Shown here piece after piece: positions 11,201 through 28,200 of a DNA stretch of 64,000 nucleotides. The stretch's first letter is position 1, and each line of letters opens with the position of its first letter. The position numbers and the translations under genes were made by a program. Source of the stretch: Cycas panzhihuaensis (lineage: Eukaryota; Plantae; Cycadophyta). Under the pieces are notes generated by a model that saw only the letters and a program-made list of their open reading frames with translations, had not been told where the DNA came from and ran no database searches. The stretch is from contig CM041465.1 in the NCBI GenBank assembly GCA_023213395.1, positions 106,833,741 through 106,897,740 on the forward strand, read 5' to 3'.

Positions 11201-14200
11201 CTATACTATATATTTGCTTAATTATTTCCCTCCTCAAAATTTCTTCAACTAGCTTCTAAAATACTTATTGCATTACTATGCAAAATGGTAGCAATGATGA
11301 ATTTGGAAAAAATCTAACTATATTTCCTTTATATTGCTAAGATCCCATCTCTTCATCTCCTCTATGCCATTAAAATTATTGTTTTTAGCCCTTTTTTCCC
11401 ACGTCAGGTGTTTAAAATTTTCCTCTTCTTCTTCTTTTTCCTTAATTTTTTTTTTATTTTGTTACACTAAGAACGAGGTGTTATCGAAAAGTAGTAAAAT
11501 GAAGTCTAAAAGAGGACTTGCACACTTTAGGATCCCAATTCATTCACAATCCATCAAAAGTAACGCATTAAAATTTTTTATCTACATTAGAATTTTGATC
11601 TACATGATCTTCTCATTAATTATAGGTGGATGCTAATTGAGTTAATGACACTAGTAGGTAGTTGTAAATGCTATGTATATAAATGTAATATGGTGAGGTG
11701 TATCTAAAATGAAGAAAACATTTAAAAAATATATATTAACAAGTTTAAAGTTTAATTTAGTTTTCTATTATTTAACAACTCTTTGTATTTCCATATTCAT
11801 GTTTCTTCCTTCATTCTCTTTATTTTCTAACATGGCATTAAAGCTCGTTTGCTAATTTAAGAATTAAAGGTGTTTAACATAAATGCTAAATTATAGAAGT
11901 TATAGATTCAGTGAGAGCATAAGAATTATGTTAAAGAACAAAAGTTATATGTATGGGGTTCATGTAGAAGAAATTAATGGATTAGTAGAACTATGCATTA
12001 TTAAGAAGTTCAATGGAAAGAAATTTTATCTTTCGAAATATAACAAACCAACTTATGAGAAGCATAATTAAAGTTGGCTTCATGAGAGTTGTGTCTTTGT
12101 ATAATGCATGGTTAATTTTTTATCCTGTAATGATGGGTTGATTATATTATTGGCATTGTGGTGTTGTACACTCCACCACTGCTATTATTTGATATTAATT
12201 CAATTCATATATTATTTGATGTCCTTACTATTTATGTTACTTCTACTGAAAGCTTATTTTTTCATGATTTACTTGCATTTCCTACTGAGAGTCATTATAG
12301 CTGGTATTAGAGCAATATCATATGCAATGACAATATTCTTACATTGTATGGCAAGCTTATGTATAGTGTGCTAAGCATTCTTCTACTTGCCAACCATTTA
12401 ATAGTTCTAACTTCATTAAGTAGATGGATTAGTTGAGCAATTAGAAGCATGTTATAACTGACTATATTCTCCTACATCTATTTTATCAACTCTTTGTTAG
12501 ACACATTCTTCAAAGAAATCTAAATATATCCTTATGCTTCTATATGTTTCTTCATTTATGCATATGTGTCAAAACCCAACCTACCTTGACAAGCTTGCAT
12601 GCAAGGTGATAAAGACACAATGCAATGCATTAAAATTTTTTAGTAATTCTGGCACCCAACTATATACTAATCTTGAATTGACAAAGGCTTTTATAAGAGT
12701 GATGCATAGTGGAATAAACTCTCATAGATGCATATAAAACCAAGTCAATTAGGTGCTTGACATTCATATACAAGATCTTTTCTATTACAACCAAGAATCA
12801 TGTGGTAATTGCAAGTAACCATAACCAAGTATTCATGCAGAAATTTACCATAAGCCATAATTGAATATCTATTCAATAATATAACATTTTATAGTATATA
12901 TAACTCATCATAAGAATGGTACACTTGTGACATGAGGAATGAAGTTAGACAACCAAATTACAACCAAAGTTTTCACCTCCCAACCATCCACAATCTTATA
13001 TAGGAAATTACCCCCAAGCTGGAGCAAATAATATGAACATAAAAACACTAGCTTTCCACTCTTCACATAACCCTTCCTAAGTTGCCTTATCAATATATGC
13101 CTCAAAGACTTTTTATATAAAACTCTATAGTATAAGAAATTATCTCAAAGTTGCTATTACTGCATGTAAGTATACTTTTGCTTAAAGTATTATCATTCTC
13201 ATATAATAACAATTATTTCTTCCCAATATATGCTTGTTCTTCCAAGTAGACCAATAATGTCAAGTCACTTAGGGATCCTTGCAAATCTAATCTTAAAGGA
13301 CTACCTTATTATGCCACGTACTCATCATAAACTTATATAAAATGCAGCTGAATTTAAGGGGAGCAACTACTCAAGACCCTTGTCTTTAAACAACTTGTAG
13401 GTAGAACAACCAACTGAACACTATATATATAAAGAGCTTAAGGAGAAGGAGAAGCAATTAATTAAGGATCCCTGCTTAACCAATGATCAAGGAGAAGCAA
13501 CTACTCAACTATTGTGTAAAATACCATCTAATAACAAAGAGTTTTGGGGGAGAGAGAGAGAGAGAGAGAGTTTATGAGGTAGATATGTGCTTGTTCACTT
13601 GATTGTTGATTAAGTCATGTACCCCTATGCATGTCGATGATGATCAGGACATTTATCCATGGCCCTAATGTCCCCCACTAATGTTCTTAGGTTGGAAAAT
13701 GGGGCCTCCCTAATTGCATACAGCCTATTATTTACTTTAATTGATTGTTTTCTCGCTTTTGAGGATTTATCTTCAATCTCTACTCACTCAATAATGATGG
13801 GTTAATGCTTGTAGCCCTCCCCTTTAGTAAATTTGCCTGTCTATATGAGTGAAAGTTGAAGAAAAATGTTTTTGCTATTGTACTGCTCTATTTTTTGTAT
13901 ACATTTGCGGTATTGCAAAGTATCTTGTGGTACCATAAAAGAATTTATGGTATGATTTGTCAACAACCAGTTCGAGTTTAATGGTGACAATCACTCATTT
14001 AATGAGTAGTTCTTCAACCTGGTAGACTGCGTCAGCCCTAAGTTAGCTTGTGCCAATTTTAAAAGGCTAAGCATGCCTTAAAAGCCTCATTTTCTTGATT
14101 TTTTCTTGGTTTTGTCACTTCAAAACCATAAAACCATGAGCATAGTTCATGGTTTTTAGTTAGTGGTTTTCCCCACATTGTAGGTTGAAAACCACCAACC

Positions 14201-15392
14201 CCTCACCTTAGCCTTTTCTATAAATGCCCCCATTTTTCCAAAGGAGAGGGGGAGATCATTTTACAAGGGAGATACTGTGGACATGCTATTGAAATTATGT
14301 TAAAACTACTAGCTTTTGGGAGCACTACTAGCCTTCATTACAAGGATTAGGAATACATACTTAACATTGCTTGGAGATGCCTTGAGGGAGAATTCTTGTT
14401 GCCATTAGCTATCATCTCCTAAGAAAGGGATTAGTAATCCACTCTCCAACTATTGAAGTACCCATTTTCCTTCTTATTTCATCTTGTTTGCACCATGATG
14501 TATGAATTTTTAGATGGTTGGATGTTAGGTTACTTCTTATGTTGCATCTTCTCATATTCATATCTTAGTTTGTGTCCATTGTTGCTTGTCTTTTGGTTTA
14601 CTTGCTATTTTATTAACTTCTTTAGAATGGGTTTGCAAGCCAAGGGGAGGTTTCCTAAGTACGACTTAGGCAACTAAATATATAGGAGGACAATGCCATT
14701 CTAAGGCCCTAATCCCTTCCTTATCATTTTGTTTATATGCTTAATAAGCTTAGAGTTGATTTCCACATGCTTTTAAGTGTATATGATGTTTTATTTACCT
14801 TCTTTTAGCTAGCATATATATAGACACGCACACACACACACACACGTTTGTGTGTGTGTATCATATATCCTTGTAGGAAAGGATAACTTGTGTGTAGAGG
14901 AAGAAGATGGTATTTTTAGGGCCTTGATCTAGCATATTCACTTGAGAAAGTTCAACATCACTATCAACTTCAATTATACATTATAGAGTATGAGTGGAAA
15001 CCTTGTTTATTTGCAATTTCTCTTGAGTTTGTTGCTTTCATGCTCTCGTTTTTACATTATAAGGATATCCAACAAGCAAAAATGTTGCTAGATTTCTCTT
15101 AGGAGTAGATAAGTTAGCCCCCTCCTTTATTTTTGCATCAAGTATGTGGTGATTATGGGTATCAAGCTTCCTCTTCATTAAACATTCATTGTTATAAGTA
15201 CACACTACAACCTTTTCTGCCTCTTGCAACATTTTCCTTTATTAACTTTCTCTTTTCAACTTTAAAAAAAGAAAAGAAAATCAAAGAGGGGGAGTAGGAA
15301 GAGAAAAAGAAGAAAAGAAAAGGAGAGAGAGGCATATCTTGGCTTGACTATTCCCTTTCCTCCTTTCCTTTCTCATACCTTCCCACTTCCAT

Positions 15393-15396
<4 letters not shown>

Positions 15397-15470
<74 letters not shown>
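15397..15470. repeat. (TA)n microsatellite
   Basis: Direct reading. Confidence 0.95.
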
Positions 15471-15474
<4 letters not shown>

Positions 15475-18400
15475 AAATAAAGAAGTTTGTTTTACCCTTT
15501 TATTTGTCTTTTGTTGTAATCCTTTTCTTTTCTTATTACTTTGCTTGCATTAGGCCACCAAAAATAAAAAATAAAAAAAAAGGAAGAAGGAAGACATGCG
15601 CACATATAGTCTAGTTCTTGCATCTTATTTACAAAAGCTCAAGTGAAGGGAGGGATCATATGGTTGTGAGTCCCTGAACTCATGGGGGTGATATTGTTCT
15701 TTCATTTGCATTCATTAAATGAAAAAAGCATATAGATGCATGTGCCTATTGACCCTTATTTCTTTTAGATTGTCTTAGGTTCATAATATTGGAAACTAGG
15801 ATCACCTACATGCACATACTAATATTTGGGTTGCCCAAGGATAACCATACCTTCATCACTTAAAACCAACACCACACTTGTATCTAAGAGGCACACGGCC
15901 TTAAGATAGGCATTAGATTGCCTTCATCTTCCAAACTAACCACTTCCACCTTAGGTTTATTTTGTTAGGATTGTAGATTTCATTCTATGCCCTACTTTTA
16001 CGCATTTCGCTAGCAATCATACTAGGAATTCGCTAGTTAGAAGCTCCTTAGCATCGTTAGGCCCTTCCCGTCTTTTCTTTTTGCTCTTACTTTCTAAGGC
16101 GTCCTTCCTCTCATTTTCACAATACCCTTTCATCTTTTCGCCATATTCGCGTGATTCCTTAAGTACATTGAAACGTGAATGCATTGTATATCACGTTGTT
16201 TACGTGGTTTGCCCCCTTTGGAAGTTCCCTTCGCGTATACCTCTTATTAAATCGAGTGACCAAGAGTCACCAATGGAGAACTACCCTGTTGGGTGGGCCA
16301 ATGATCCATATGCCTAGGATTGGCCTCAACCTAAGGCTTATTATCCTTATGAGTGCAGGCCATGTCGATGACGATCATTTCTATCAAATGTCATCACAAG
16401 ATGAGCCCTATCCTATTGCTCATAATTCTTATCCACTTGAGAGGCCTTACACTTACGACCATACCACACATCTTGAGCATGTGTCCAATCCCTATCTTGT
16501 CCACTCGGGTCATAATGGAGAGCCATTGGCTTCCTAAGACCTAAACCATACTCCTCCCAGGGATGCAATCGAAGCATTAAGGGAATGCTTTAAAGCTATC
16601 ATTAGCCAACCTCCACTAAGGTAGCTACAACAGTTTCTTCTTAGTACCTCTTTAGCCACTTCTACTATTCCCCCACCTTCTTCTATTTAAGTGCCAACTT
16701 CTAGTTCCTTTGACACTATTACTACCGCACACCAACCCCAAGCATGTCGGTGGAGAATGAACTGACACAAGGTGCATACCCCCATGGGCAGGGGCAAACA
16801 CACCTCCACTCCATACTCCTATTCCCCCACTTGCATTTACCTCTTATACCCACCATACCCACGTGACTGCGTTACCTTAGGCAAGGAGGTTTTCCCCCTA
16901 CCCACCCATGTCTTCATTCAACATATCCATCTTTGTAGGTTCCCTTAGGATACACATCGTTGCCCTCATGGTATAGGGGTTTTAACCCCCTCGCTACGTG
17001 TGGGGTAGCTCCTCCCATTGGAGGGCCATTCAAGGAAAACTTATTACCCCCTCTCTCCCCCCAACTGATTCCACTACCTTCACATGGGTTTCCTCCTCAA
17101 GGAGGGTATTCCACCCTTTCTCATTCTACCCTTTATCCTTCCACCTCTCTTGGTGCCTCTTATGGTACCCAACCCCCTTACTTTCCACGAGGCACTAAGA
17201 CATCCTCGACCACCTCCTTATGGACCATATCCTTATTGAGGACCACTGCTCGACCACCCCATCCCCCCCCTCTCCTTGTATCAATTAGGAGGGGCCCCAT
17301 ATACCCCTCTGACCTATCCATCTTATTACTAGGGCCACACACCTTATCCCTACCCTACTTCCTCATCTTATATAGATAGTGGGCATCCTTATGGGGGGAC
17401 CCACTTATACCCCTAATGACCCGTTAGCCCAACTGGGGGCATGCCCATTTATAGATTATAAGTCGAGCCCCCTTTAAGTGGAGGTTTTACGAACCAATTT
17501 GCCTTCGCATCCCTCTAAAGTGCCCAAACTCGATGGCACTTCTTCCCATGACCTAATTGATTATATTAGGGATTTTGCCATGGTGTGCATCGATTACTCG
17601 ACCTATGACCATATACTAATGAAATTATTCCCCTAGTCACTTTAAGGCAATGCCTTGAAATGGTTCGATTGGCTCCCATCCCATTGAATATCTACCTTTG
17701 AACAACTAGTTGATGCCTGCATCAACTATTTTGATAATGGATTGACCCTTTGAAAGTAGGATCAAGGCTTTTCTTTCTCTAAAGCAAGGCCATGAATAAC
17801 TGAAACGCAACCTTGTGCATCAGTTCTATGGCCTTCTCTATTCTTTTAAGGCCATGTTGCTAGAAGAATTAAAGAGAGACATCTTTGTAAACACGTTGTG
17901 CCTTGAGGTACATACAAAGGTCCTCAAAATGGGGATGACCACTTGCAAGTCAGCCATAACTAAATGCTTGGAATTAGAATCTATTGAGATTCAATCAGGT
18001 CTCAAGAAGATCCCTAAAATCTCATAATGTCATGAGGCATCCCCTCCCCCATATGACAACGAGGGTTAGCAACAATAATAATCATCCAAACCTCTCGTTG
18101 GTTCACTTGACAAGAACATGGATCCTTTGACTTCAATCATGTGCTCTTTTAAGCAAATGATACATGACTTGAAGTTGCAACCCTCTCAAACCCTACAAGA
18201 GCCACATCAACCTCAACTTAGATATGGGCAGGTTCATTAAACTACCCAGACTCTGCCACCAAAGAGTGAGGGAATCCAAGCACCCTAAGCGAAGAGGATG
18301 AGACCCCCACCTAAAAAGAAATGGTGTTCGGTCCATGGGGAATGTATGCATAATGACTCTACGTATTAGACATAACACCTTGAATTAGCACTATCATGTG

Positions 18401-20563
18401 ATCCCCCATCTCAAAGTACTTCCAAACCAAACATGGAATAACCTGTGCACCAAGACCTATTTCCCAATCATGAAGAGTAGGACCAACCTTCCTAGCAATA
18501 GGGTAGGCAAATTAGAAACATGAGGCTAACTCAAACCCCTTATGTAGATCAATTAAAGGGAAAGGAACGTATAGATAGTTCCTTCTTATCAACTCTGGTT
18601 ACTCAATGAACCACATCCTCCCAACCTAAGAATAAGGGTAAGAGGATTATCTAGTTACTCAAGACCACTCATATATTTCTCATTATAAGGTCTCAAGCTA
18701 CTAAAGAGGTTGGGGAAGCCTCCACCTTGTAACAACCACCCTAAGGGGACTCTTCTCTTATAGAGATCCATGTCATTCCTAAGACCATTCCTGTTCACCT
18801 GGGATGCTACAACTTCAGACATGCTCTTCCCTAATCCACTGAGAAATGGAAATCTTTCTCTATAATTGAAGAACTCCATATCGTTTCAATCGGAATGTCC
18901 ATGATAGACATTCTAAAGAGTTGCCCTGATCAAAGGGCACTCTTATTTGAAGCATTGGGGTTCAACAAAACTCCAATTCATTCTCTTGACACCTCCTCTT
19001 TATGTGGGTCTAACCTTATTATGTTTAACCCATGCAACCTCTCTCTAACTAAGGATAGGCAATTGTATTAGTACTATACATTTACCATCACCATTGAGAC
19101 ACTTGACTTTGCCTTAAAGAGGGTCATTGTGGACAATGGATTGTCGGTTAATGCGATGCTTATTTGCATACTTAAGAAGTTGGATATAGAAGCTCTCAAA
19201 CCAGTTCCATGGAGGTGTGAGGGGTATGATGGGAGTGAAAAAGCTCCCTTATAGATGGTCAAACTCCCTCTCACCTTAGAAGACAAGACTGTCCAAACCA
19301 ACATTGTCATTTTGGACATCAATGTCGATGATAACCTTTTATTGGGTTGACCATGGCTTGACCAAATAGGAACTGTTTGTTCATCAAGGTGGGGGCAACT
19401 CAAATTTGCTCACCAAGGGCAAATTAAAGTTATTACATATGAACTGCCCCAAAACCATCCCTCTCATTGACTGTGTCAAGTGATTTTTGGGATGATAGAT
19501 GAACAAGACGACCCATCTGACCCATCCACCATAGAGTTCTTCAAGGGTCAAGCACTTACTGAAGGAGAAAATATTCTTCCTCCTCCTCCAGCCTTGGTAT
19601 ATTTTGCCCATATTGGTATGGGGATTTATGACTAACTAGTAGTCCTCAATAATAAGGAATATGACGATGAATATGAGAAGCCATTGCACCAAGTTAATTT
19701 CTTCAATATAACGAGGGAAGGGATGTCATATGCTGACACACCTCCTCCTTTTGGCCTAAATCCGTATGACTAAGGGTCATCCCAAATACCAATTTCACCC
19801 CCCTTCCACCTACGTAAGAGTCTCCTTATTTGAGGTCTTGGTTGGCCCACCATTCTTCTCGAATGGCGTACAACTATCATCCAGATCATTTAGACTCTCT
19901 TGCCCATGAGGACATGATAGGAGGGCATGCTATTCCTCCACCTATCCAATTTACCTTCCAAGGAGAGATTCCTTGGGGTGGCGAGCTGGTCCTTAACCAT
20001 GCATTAGATCCATCCTCTATCTCACCTCACCTACTATGAATGATTAATTTGCTTAGGTACTTGGGGAACTGACCCATTTTAGAACACCTCTCAAGGAACT
20101 CCACCTATTTATCATCACCTTGTGACGATGATGATGTATCTAACTTAGTCTTTTCACATGACAAGTTAATTATCTATCATTCTATACCATCTTCACCCCC
20201 TCCCCTAAACCTACGGGGAGGTCAATCATCTTGCATGCCCTCTAACTTGTCAAAATTCAACATGCTATGTCAATTGGTTGTGTGATCGCTACTAGCCTAC
20301 TATTCTCCTACAAGCTCCTTGAGTCCCTTTAAGTAAAACAATCCATGGGGTTGATTGCTTGAGAATAATGAAGCTCTACTCGAGCATTTGGTAGGATCTT
20401 CACGACTTGCTAGCGGGCATCACAAGTTAAGTTTTAGAAGTGCATAGTTATCGGGTCTCCATTGGGCGACCCTAACGAGACAACCATGCCTCTAGACCAT
20501 CTATAGACTAAGCCTCCCTACTTCAAGGAAGGAAATATTATGTGTGCGAGGGCAATTAAGGAT

Positions 20564-21202
20564 TGTTAGATAATATGACAACAATGTTTTGGAATCTAAA
20601 ATTTTAACATGTTGGTAGCATAGTTTCCTCCCCAAACTTCCTCAGGGGGTTCCAAGGCGAGCCCCTTGGTAGAGGGAGTGCGGGGTGTTAGAATGCCCTC
20701 GCTAAGAGGGTTCAAGCGATAGCCCTGACCCAAAAAGCTAGCACTAAAAATCATACTAAATTGTAAAGATAATTAGGATCATTCGCACAAAATACCCTAG
20801 ATTCTATGGTCAAGATTTGTGCCTTGTATGACTCTCTCATATAGCCCGATTTAGGGTATTTTTTCATTATGTTGATGGTGTTCAATGTATTAGATGTATT
20901 GTGAAGAGTTGGCGGTGGTTGTTGTTCTTTGTGAGAATTACTTTCTGATTGTATACATTTCTCCATTCTTTGATAATAAAGATCGATACCTTTCCTGTGT
21001 GGATATTTCCACACACTGCTAGGGTTTTACCACGTTATATTGGGTGTATATGTGATGCTTAGCTTTCTTATTTATTTTATTGTATTATCTCTGGTTTTAA
21101 GAGCTTGCATGTTAAATTTCAATTTCGATTCCTGTAACTAGTTTCAAAATAGTTTAGATCTTGGTGGCGGTTTTAGGTTATTGGGACCTTGTCTTCTCAA
21201 CA
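20564..21202 (+). mobile_element. Solo LTR (639 bp) inserted in the Tat pol region
   Basis: TGTTAG...CTCAACA with a perfect 5-bp TSD AGGAT (20559-20563 / 21203-21207). Removing it restores MCARAIKD|IILA, collinear with MCMGVTQDIVLA of the second Tat copy. Confidence 0.9.
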
Positions 21203-23427
21203 AGGATATCATCCTTGCTCTTAAATGGATTATCAAGATTGAAATTTGAATGTTCACCCTAAGAAGTTGAAGAGTACACAAAGTTATTCCATGAATACAT
21301 GATGACTCCGCCTGGGATTATTCTGATATAAAGGGCATTGACCTTCAAATCATTACACATAACCTTACTACGATCCCAAACACCTACCCTGTTAGGTAAA
21401 AACAACATCTACTATACCCAAAACTATCAGCTACTATTAAAATAGAAGTGGAGAAGTTGTATATTGCAAGCCTTATTACTTCCATTAACTACCTGAAATA
21501 GGTGTAAAATATCATCCCAGTTGTAAAGAAAAATAGGATAATTAGTATTTGTGTCGACTTTTGAGACATCAATAATGCATGTCCTAAGGATTACTTTTTG
21601 TTACCATTCATCAATTAAATCATCAATCAAACTCACGGGTTTGAGGTTATATCCTTGATGGATGACTTTTTGAATATAATTAAATCTAGATATCCCCAAA
21701 GACCACCACAAGATAGCTTCCACTACCTTATGGATGCGTTTGCTTACAAGGCCATGCGTTCAACTTTAAGAATGTCGAGACAACGTATCAAGATCCATAT
21801 AATTTATCTTCCATCACCTCATTAATAACATTCTAGACGTCTTTAGGGATAATCTCATGGGTTTATTCCACAAGAGGGTTGATCACCCTACATACTTAAG
21901 AAAGATCTTCTTTAGATGCTACATGTATCATGTCAGCCTAAATTTGCTTAAATGCATTTTTGTGGTGACTGCTAGTAATTTGTTAGGGTTCCTTATATCC
22001 CAAGGAGGGATTAAAGTCAACCCAAATAAGCTTAAAGCCATGGTCGAGATGCCATTACCCTAAACCCAATAGTAAATCAAGTCATTCTTGGGTTAGCTCA
22101 ACTTCTTTTAATGATTCTTAGCAAAATTCGCTATCAACGTAAAACCCCTAACTAATCTTCTTAAGAAGGGAACTCTATTTATGTGGACTCCCAAGACCCA
22201 AGCAGCCTTCCACCAACTTAAACAAGCTCTTAGTATGACCACTATCTTAGTGCCTCCCCCATTTGATCAACCCTTCATTCTTTACACCTCAGTAACTGAT
22301 GAATCCATTGGCACCATATTAGCTCAAGAAGATAACTCTAAGGTTGAGCAAGTTATCTATTTTATAAGTTGTACCTTAATTGCAGCTAAATTAAACTACC
22401 CCCTAGCAGAAAAGAAATGCTTAGCCTTAGTTTTTGCTGTCAAGAAGATCAATTACTACCTCCTTGGAAACATGAAACACATGATAGTTTAGTTAGACCC
22501 ATTTCATTATTTAATGACACAATCTGATTTGACCAGGAGAATGGGCAAATGGACCCTTCCCCTTTAAGAATATGATCTTAAAGTTATTAGTCATAAATCT
22601 AAGAAGGGTATGATTGTGATGAAGCAGTTGGCAGATGTATTAATCTCTAATCTAGTGAAGGTCCTAATTGATGACTCCTTGCCCAACAAATTAATCTTAG
22701 TCCTCCAAGAGGCTGACCCACACCCTTGAGCTGATACTAAATGGTATGGCGACATCATCAATTACTTGGCATAACAAAAGTACCTTGCTGATGCTATTAA
22801 TAAAGTCAAGCTCCGTGTTAGGGCTTCAACCTACCAATATTTCCTCATCCAGAGCATGTTATATAAACACTCATTTGATGGTGTCCTCCTTCAATGTGTT
22901 GCCCTAGAAGAAAGTCAAGTTGTATACATGTATTCTCAAAATATATGGTTGATGATTATGAAAAATATATTTAGTATGTTGGATGTTATTCTTTTCATAA
23001 TTTTTATATGTATCATATTGGTGCACTGGGATGCAAGTTAGGAGTTGCGGCTATCTTCCAATGTTCTCATGCCTACTGTGGATGATCTTATAGAGTAGGT
23101 TGCTTAAGTGCTTGATTATTTTAGGCCTGATGTAATATTTGAGAATAACATATAAGATAGATACAGTTAATACTGATGGTATGTTGGTTTATTATTTTTA
23201 TTATGGGTAATCATTCATTCACATATGTTGGGCCCTATATTCTAAAACATGCAAGTATTCACGATCGTCCACACAATATTATATTTAGTTTACAAGTGAA
23301 GGCTTGTAATTGCGTTAATATATTTACTATCACTTATGGAGATTCTAGAGGCATTTGCAAGTGTCTCCTGATGAGATTAAGCTACTAGAATGAGTACACC
23401 CCATTATTTACATTAAATATCCCTTAT

Positions 23428-24768
<1,341 letters not shown>

Positions 24769-25023
24769 CTCGATCACTTCATAGAGTCTTTGGTAAAATA
24801 CATAAGATCATTAGACACTACACATGGAGCAAATTTTATAAAATGACCATGTTTAATATGAAGAATAAGTAAAAGCACATTATAAAAGCATTCTCTATTT
24901 TAACCATGAGCTCCTTGGTGGCGAGGAATGAGCTAACACCTTTAATAACATGTGACTAAGGGCTTATGAGTAAGCAGTTAAAGTATAACTAAAAATAAAA
25001 TTAAAATAATTTAATACAATATA

Positions 25024-25075
<52 letters not shown>

Positions 25076-25224
25076 TAAGTTTACAAGTCGATAGCTTTAG
25101 TGCGTATATGATCTAACATCGATCAATTTGTACTCATTTTATTGAATCATTTTAAAGTATTATTAAAAGAGGTTAATATATTAAGGTCATTTCTGTAGAT
25201 TAATTAAGTGACCTTAAGATATAT

Positions 25225-28200
25225 TGTTAGCATTAGTCTCTTAGTGAAATCGCTTCATATGCATTTAGATGTAATTTTGGGTTTATATCATTATGTAGGA
25301 AAATCCTAATCCTAATGCTCACCCTCAATAATAAAAGGTGAAATCTCAAGGAGGAATCATTATTCATTCTCACCTCCAAGTTTTGATCTTGTTAGAATAA
25401 TATTAACTTATTATATAATATTATCTTTGTAAAAATAATTTTATTAATATTACTATATCATACATAATTATGTAGTTCATTAAAATGGAAAGCGCTCATT
25501 TCAATAAACCTTTCCTCTTCCTTAAAATCTCCTCCTAGATTCTAGGAGGTTAGTGCATCTGATAGTGCCTTGCATTAGTTAGTTGGTTAGGTTGGTCAAA
25601 TATTGCCTTGTGAGGTGGAGGCTACGCATAGGGTTAGGCTAGTATAAGTGAGGAAGGATAAGATCCTCGTAATCGTCATTGTAATATATTCTTGTTATTA
25701 ATAATATTTATTATTTTAGGAGGTGTTTTTTCGTCCCCACTAAGGGAGTTTTTCACTATCAAATGTGTTATTATGATGGTTTATTTTGTTACCTGTGTTA
25801 ATAATTCAATATATATAATTATAATGAATGTTTAAATTTTATACAATATATACATTTTATTTGATGTATTATAATGCACAAAATAATTTAACCCTCTCTC
25901 GACATGGTATCAAAGTAGGGCATTCTAATTTCTTTTTACAAGTATTTATTACTATGCATTATGGATTCAATTTTTCAAAAAAAAAAAAAAAAATCCAACC
26001 AAAAGGTTTTTTTATTATAGAAAATATTAAAAGAAATATAAGAAATTAGATTTTTTTTTCTAAAATTAAAATCTCTTTTTATTATTCATCAATCTGAATA
26101 CATATCAAGGTCTGTAAAAGACTAGATTATGGACAAAATGAGGAGGATTTATAAAATTTCTCTATATTTTTTTCAGCCAACAGAGGAAATCTAATCTTTT
26201 CTTAAAACCCTAACCTACTCTGCTTGCTAACAACCTATCCCACAGACAAAAACATTAAGCCTATCAAAATTTTCTTGTCGAATAGTAGCCATAAAGACTA
26301 CTTTGAATTATAACCAAAATCTCCATCATAATCTCAAAATCTGATTGCCTCTTCATCAACAAAAATCATCTTTATTTTAGTTATCTAGAACCCTCCTTCT
26401 CCAAAACCCTACATAGCGCCAAAACAATGCGAGAAGACAAAACAAGCGAGTAACCTACATACAAAATTTGAGGATGCAAAGATTTGGTATGAACTAAAGC
26501 CTCTGATAAATTTTCAAACCCTTATGGAAGAATCTCTTTGAATAATAGTCTTTAAGAAGAGTAGTGTCGATCTATTTTAAAACTTAGTCAAAATAAGGCT
26601 CTCCAAGGTGCCTTATGATTTCGAGATGAAGCTTGCTAACACGAAGAAACATGACAACATAACCCAAAGAATGGAGCACTTCATGTGATTTTAGACCCGA
26701 GAAGAATGAAAGGAACAAGAAAATAAATGGACAATGACTAAGAGCATGGCATAGTTGAAGCACAAAGCTTTTTCCCTCATGAAGCACATAGCCTGATAAC
26801 CTCAATGAATCAAAACAAAGCCTACAAGAGATGCAACACGCTGAAGACACATCAAAACAAAGCACGGAGGATCTGATACAATCTGGCAAAGATGCATTGT
26901 AAAGATAAAGTTTAGTGAGGATACCCCACCACTTCTTCACCTATGACATAACCTAATCTAAACCCTAATTGATTAAGTGAAATTAAAGGATGAATGCCAA
27001 ACAAAATAAAATCCCTTGTAATATTTTTGTAAGTGCAAAAATAATAAAATCTTGTTTATTGTTATTGTTATTTCGGGTCTCTCGCCCTTCTGCTTTTATT
27101 TTTATTTTTTAAATTTTAGTTAATTTAGCCAAATTGAAATGTATTGTTAGGTTTGCCAACCACCTTCTTGCTAGGGCCCCAGTCACACAAGCCTCCCACA
27201 TGACCTCAGTCCAAAATCAAAAAGGGGCTTAACCCTTATTCCTTTTTTATTTTTTTTATTAATTTTTAAAAGGTATTTTATGCTTTTTGACCATAACTTC
27301 ATCATATAGGTCAAATTTGATTCTAGAAGGTACGATGGATTAGTAATTTAGATATAGGCAATTGGTAGTCATTCGAACTAACTAGACATGATCTTAACTT
27401 ATAAAATCTTGACCAAAGTCAAGTCTTCTATCACGACTAGGTAATTTAAGGTGCGTGGTTTTTCTACAATATTTCTTTATAATAACTTAATTTTAATAAT
27501 TCAATTTAATAAACATCAATTCATTTATCAAATATATGGCTTAATTATATCCTTTTTAATATAATTTCCTAAGTATTTTATGCAATTTATTAATATTTAA
27601 TCAAAATTACCTTTTTTATCAGCTTTTGACATGAATCATAACATTATTCACTTGGTTGATTTAATTTATTCAATGTGTAGCTAAATTTCATAATTATTAA
27701 TTAGTAGCAATCAATGTTCATTGATTAATGGCTTTATTATTTGTAAAATTCTATCATAACCCAACCTTTCTACTTTAATATTCGCGTAAACCAAGTCAAT
27801 GATCATTCGCATCTAATACTAAAGATTGCGATTACTTTTTATAAATAATTATTTCCTCATCGTCCTTTTCTTTTTCTTCCTTAAAAGGACATCATTCCTA
27901 AGGGTTTTTGTTCACAATGTAGCGCTTGCGGAGACAACCTCTTATTCCTCAATTCAGTCTTGATTAACTTAAATTATCTTTGATTAGAAACTTAAAATAT
28001 CCGAGTTCTTAAACTACAAAAGATCTATCAATATGTGACAAGAGAATTCTCAAAACCTGATGACAAAAAATCAGAAGCCTATATGGTCTATTTAATGGTG
28101 TGATGGTGCCTTAGGTACCATCCTAAACTCCTTTCACCGGACATTGGTGGGTAGTTTTTGAGATAGATAAACTGCCCAAGTCGGCAAACTCTTAAAAAGT

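Larger units (their letters stand above)
13669..22915 (+). mobile_element. Degenerate Tat-type Ty3/gypsy retrotransposon (5' LTR, gag, PR, RT, RH, start of INT; 3'-truncated)
   Basis: LTR-like region with CTATAAATGCCCC at ~14217, ends approximate. gag (DHILMKLFP..L.GNALKWF) ~17480-18030, protease (RVIVDNGLSVNAM) ~19080-19400, RT ~21440-22060, RH (PFILYTS..IGTILAQ..AEKKCLALVFA) 22180-22600, integrase N-terminus (LYKHSFDGVLLQCV) to ~22915. Many stops and frameshifts. Collinear with the element at 50448-64000. Confidence 0.85.

Noticed and set aside
11334-13300. Short hydrophobic ORFs and possible decayed coding sequence
   Set aside because: AT-rich composition explains them and I could not recognise any domain.
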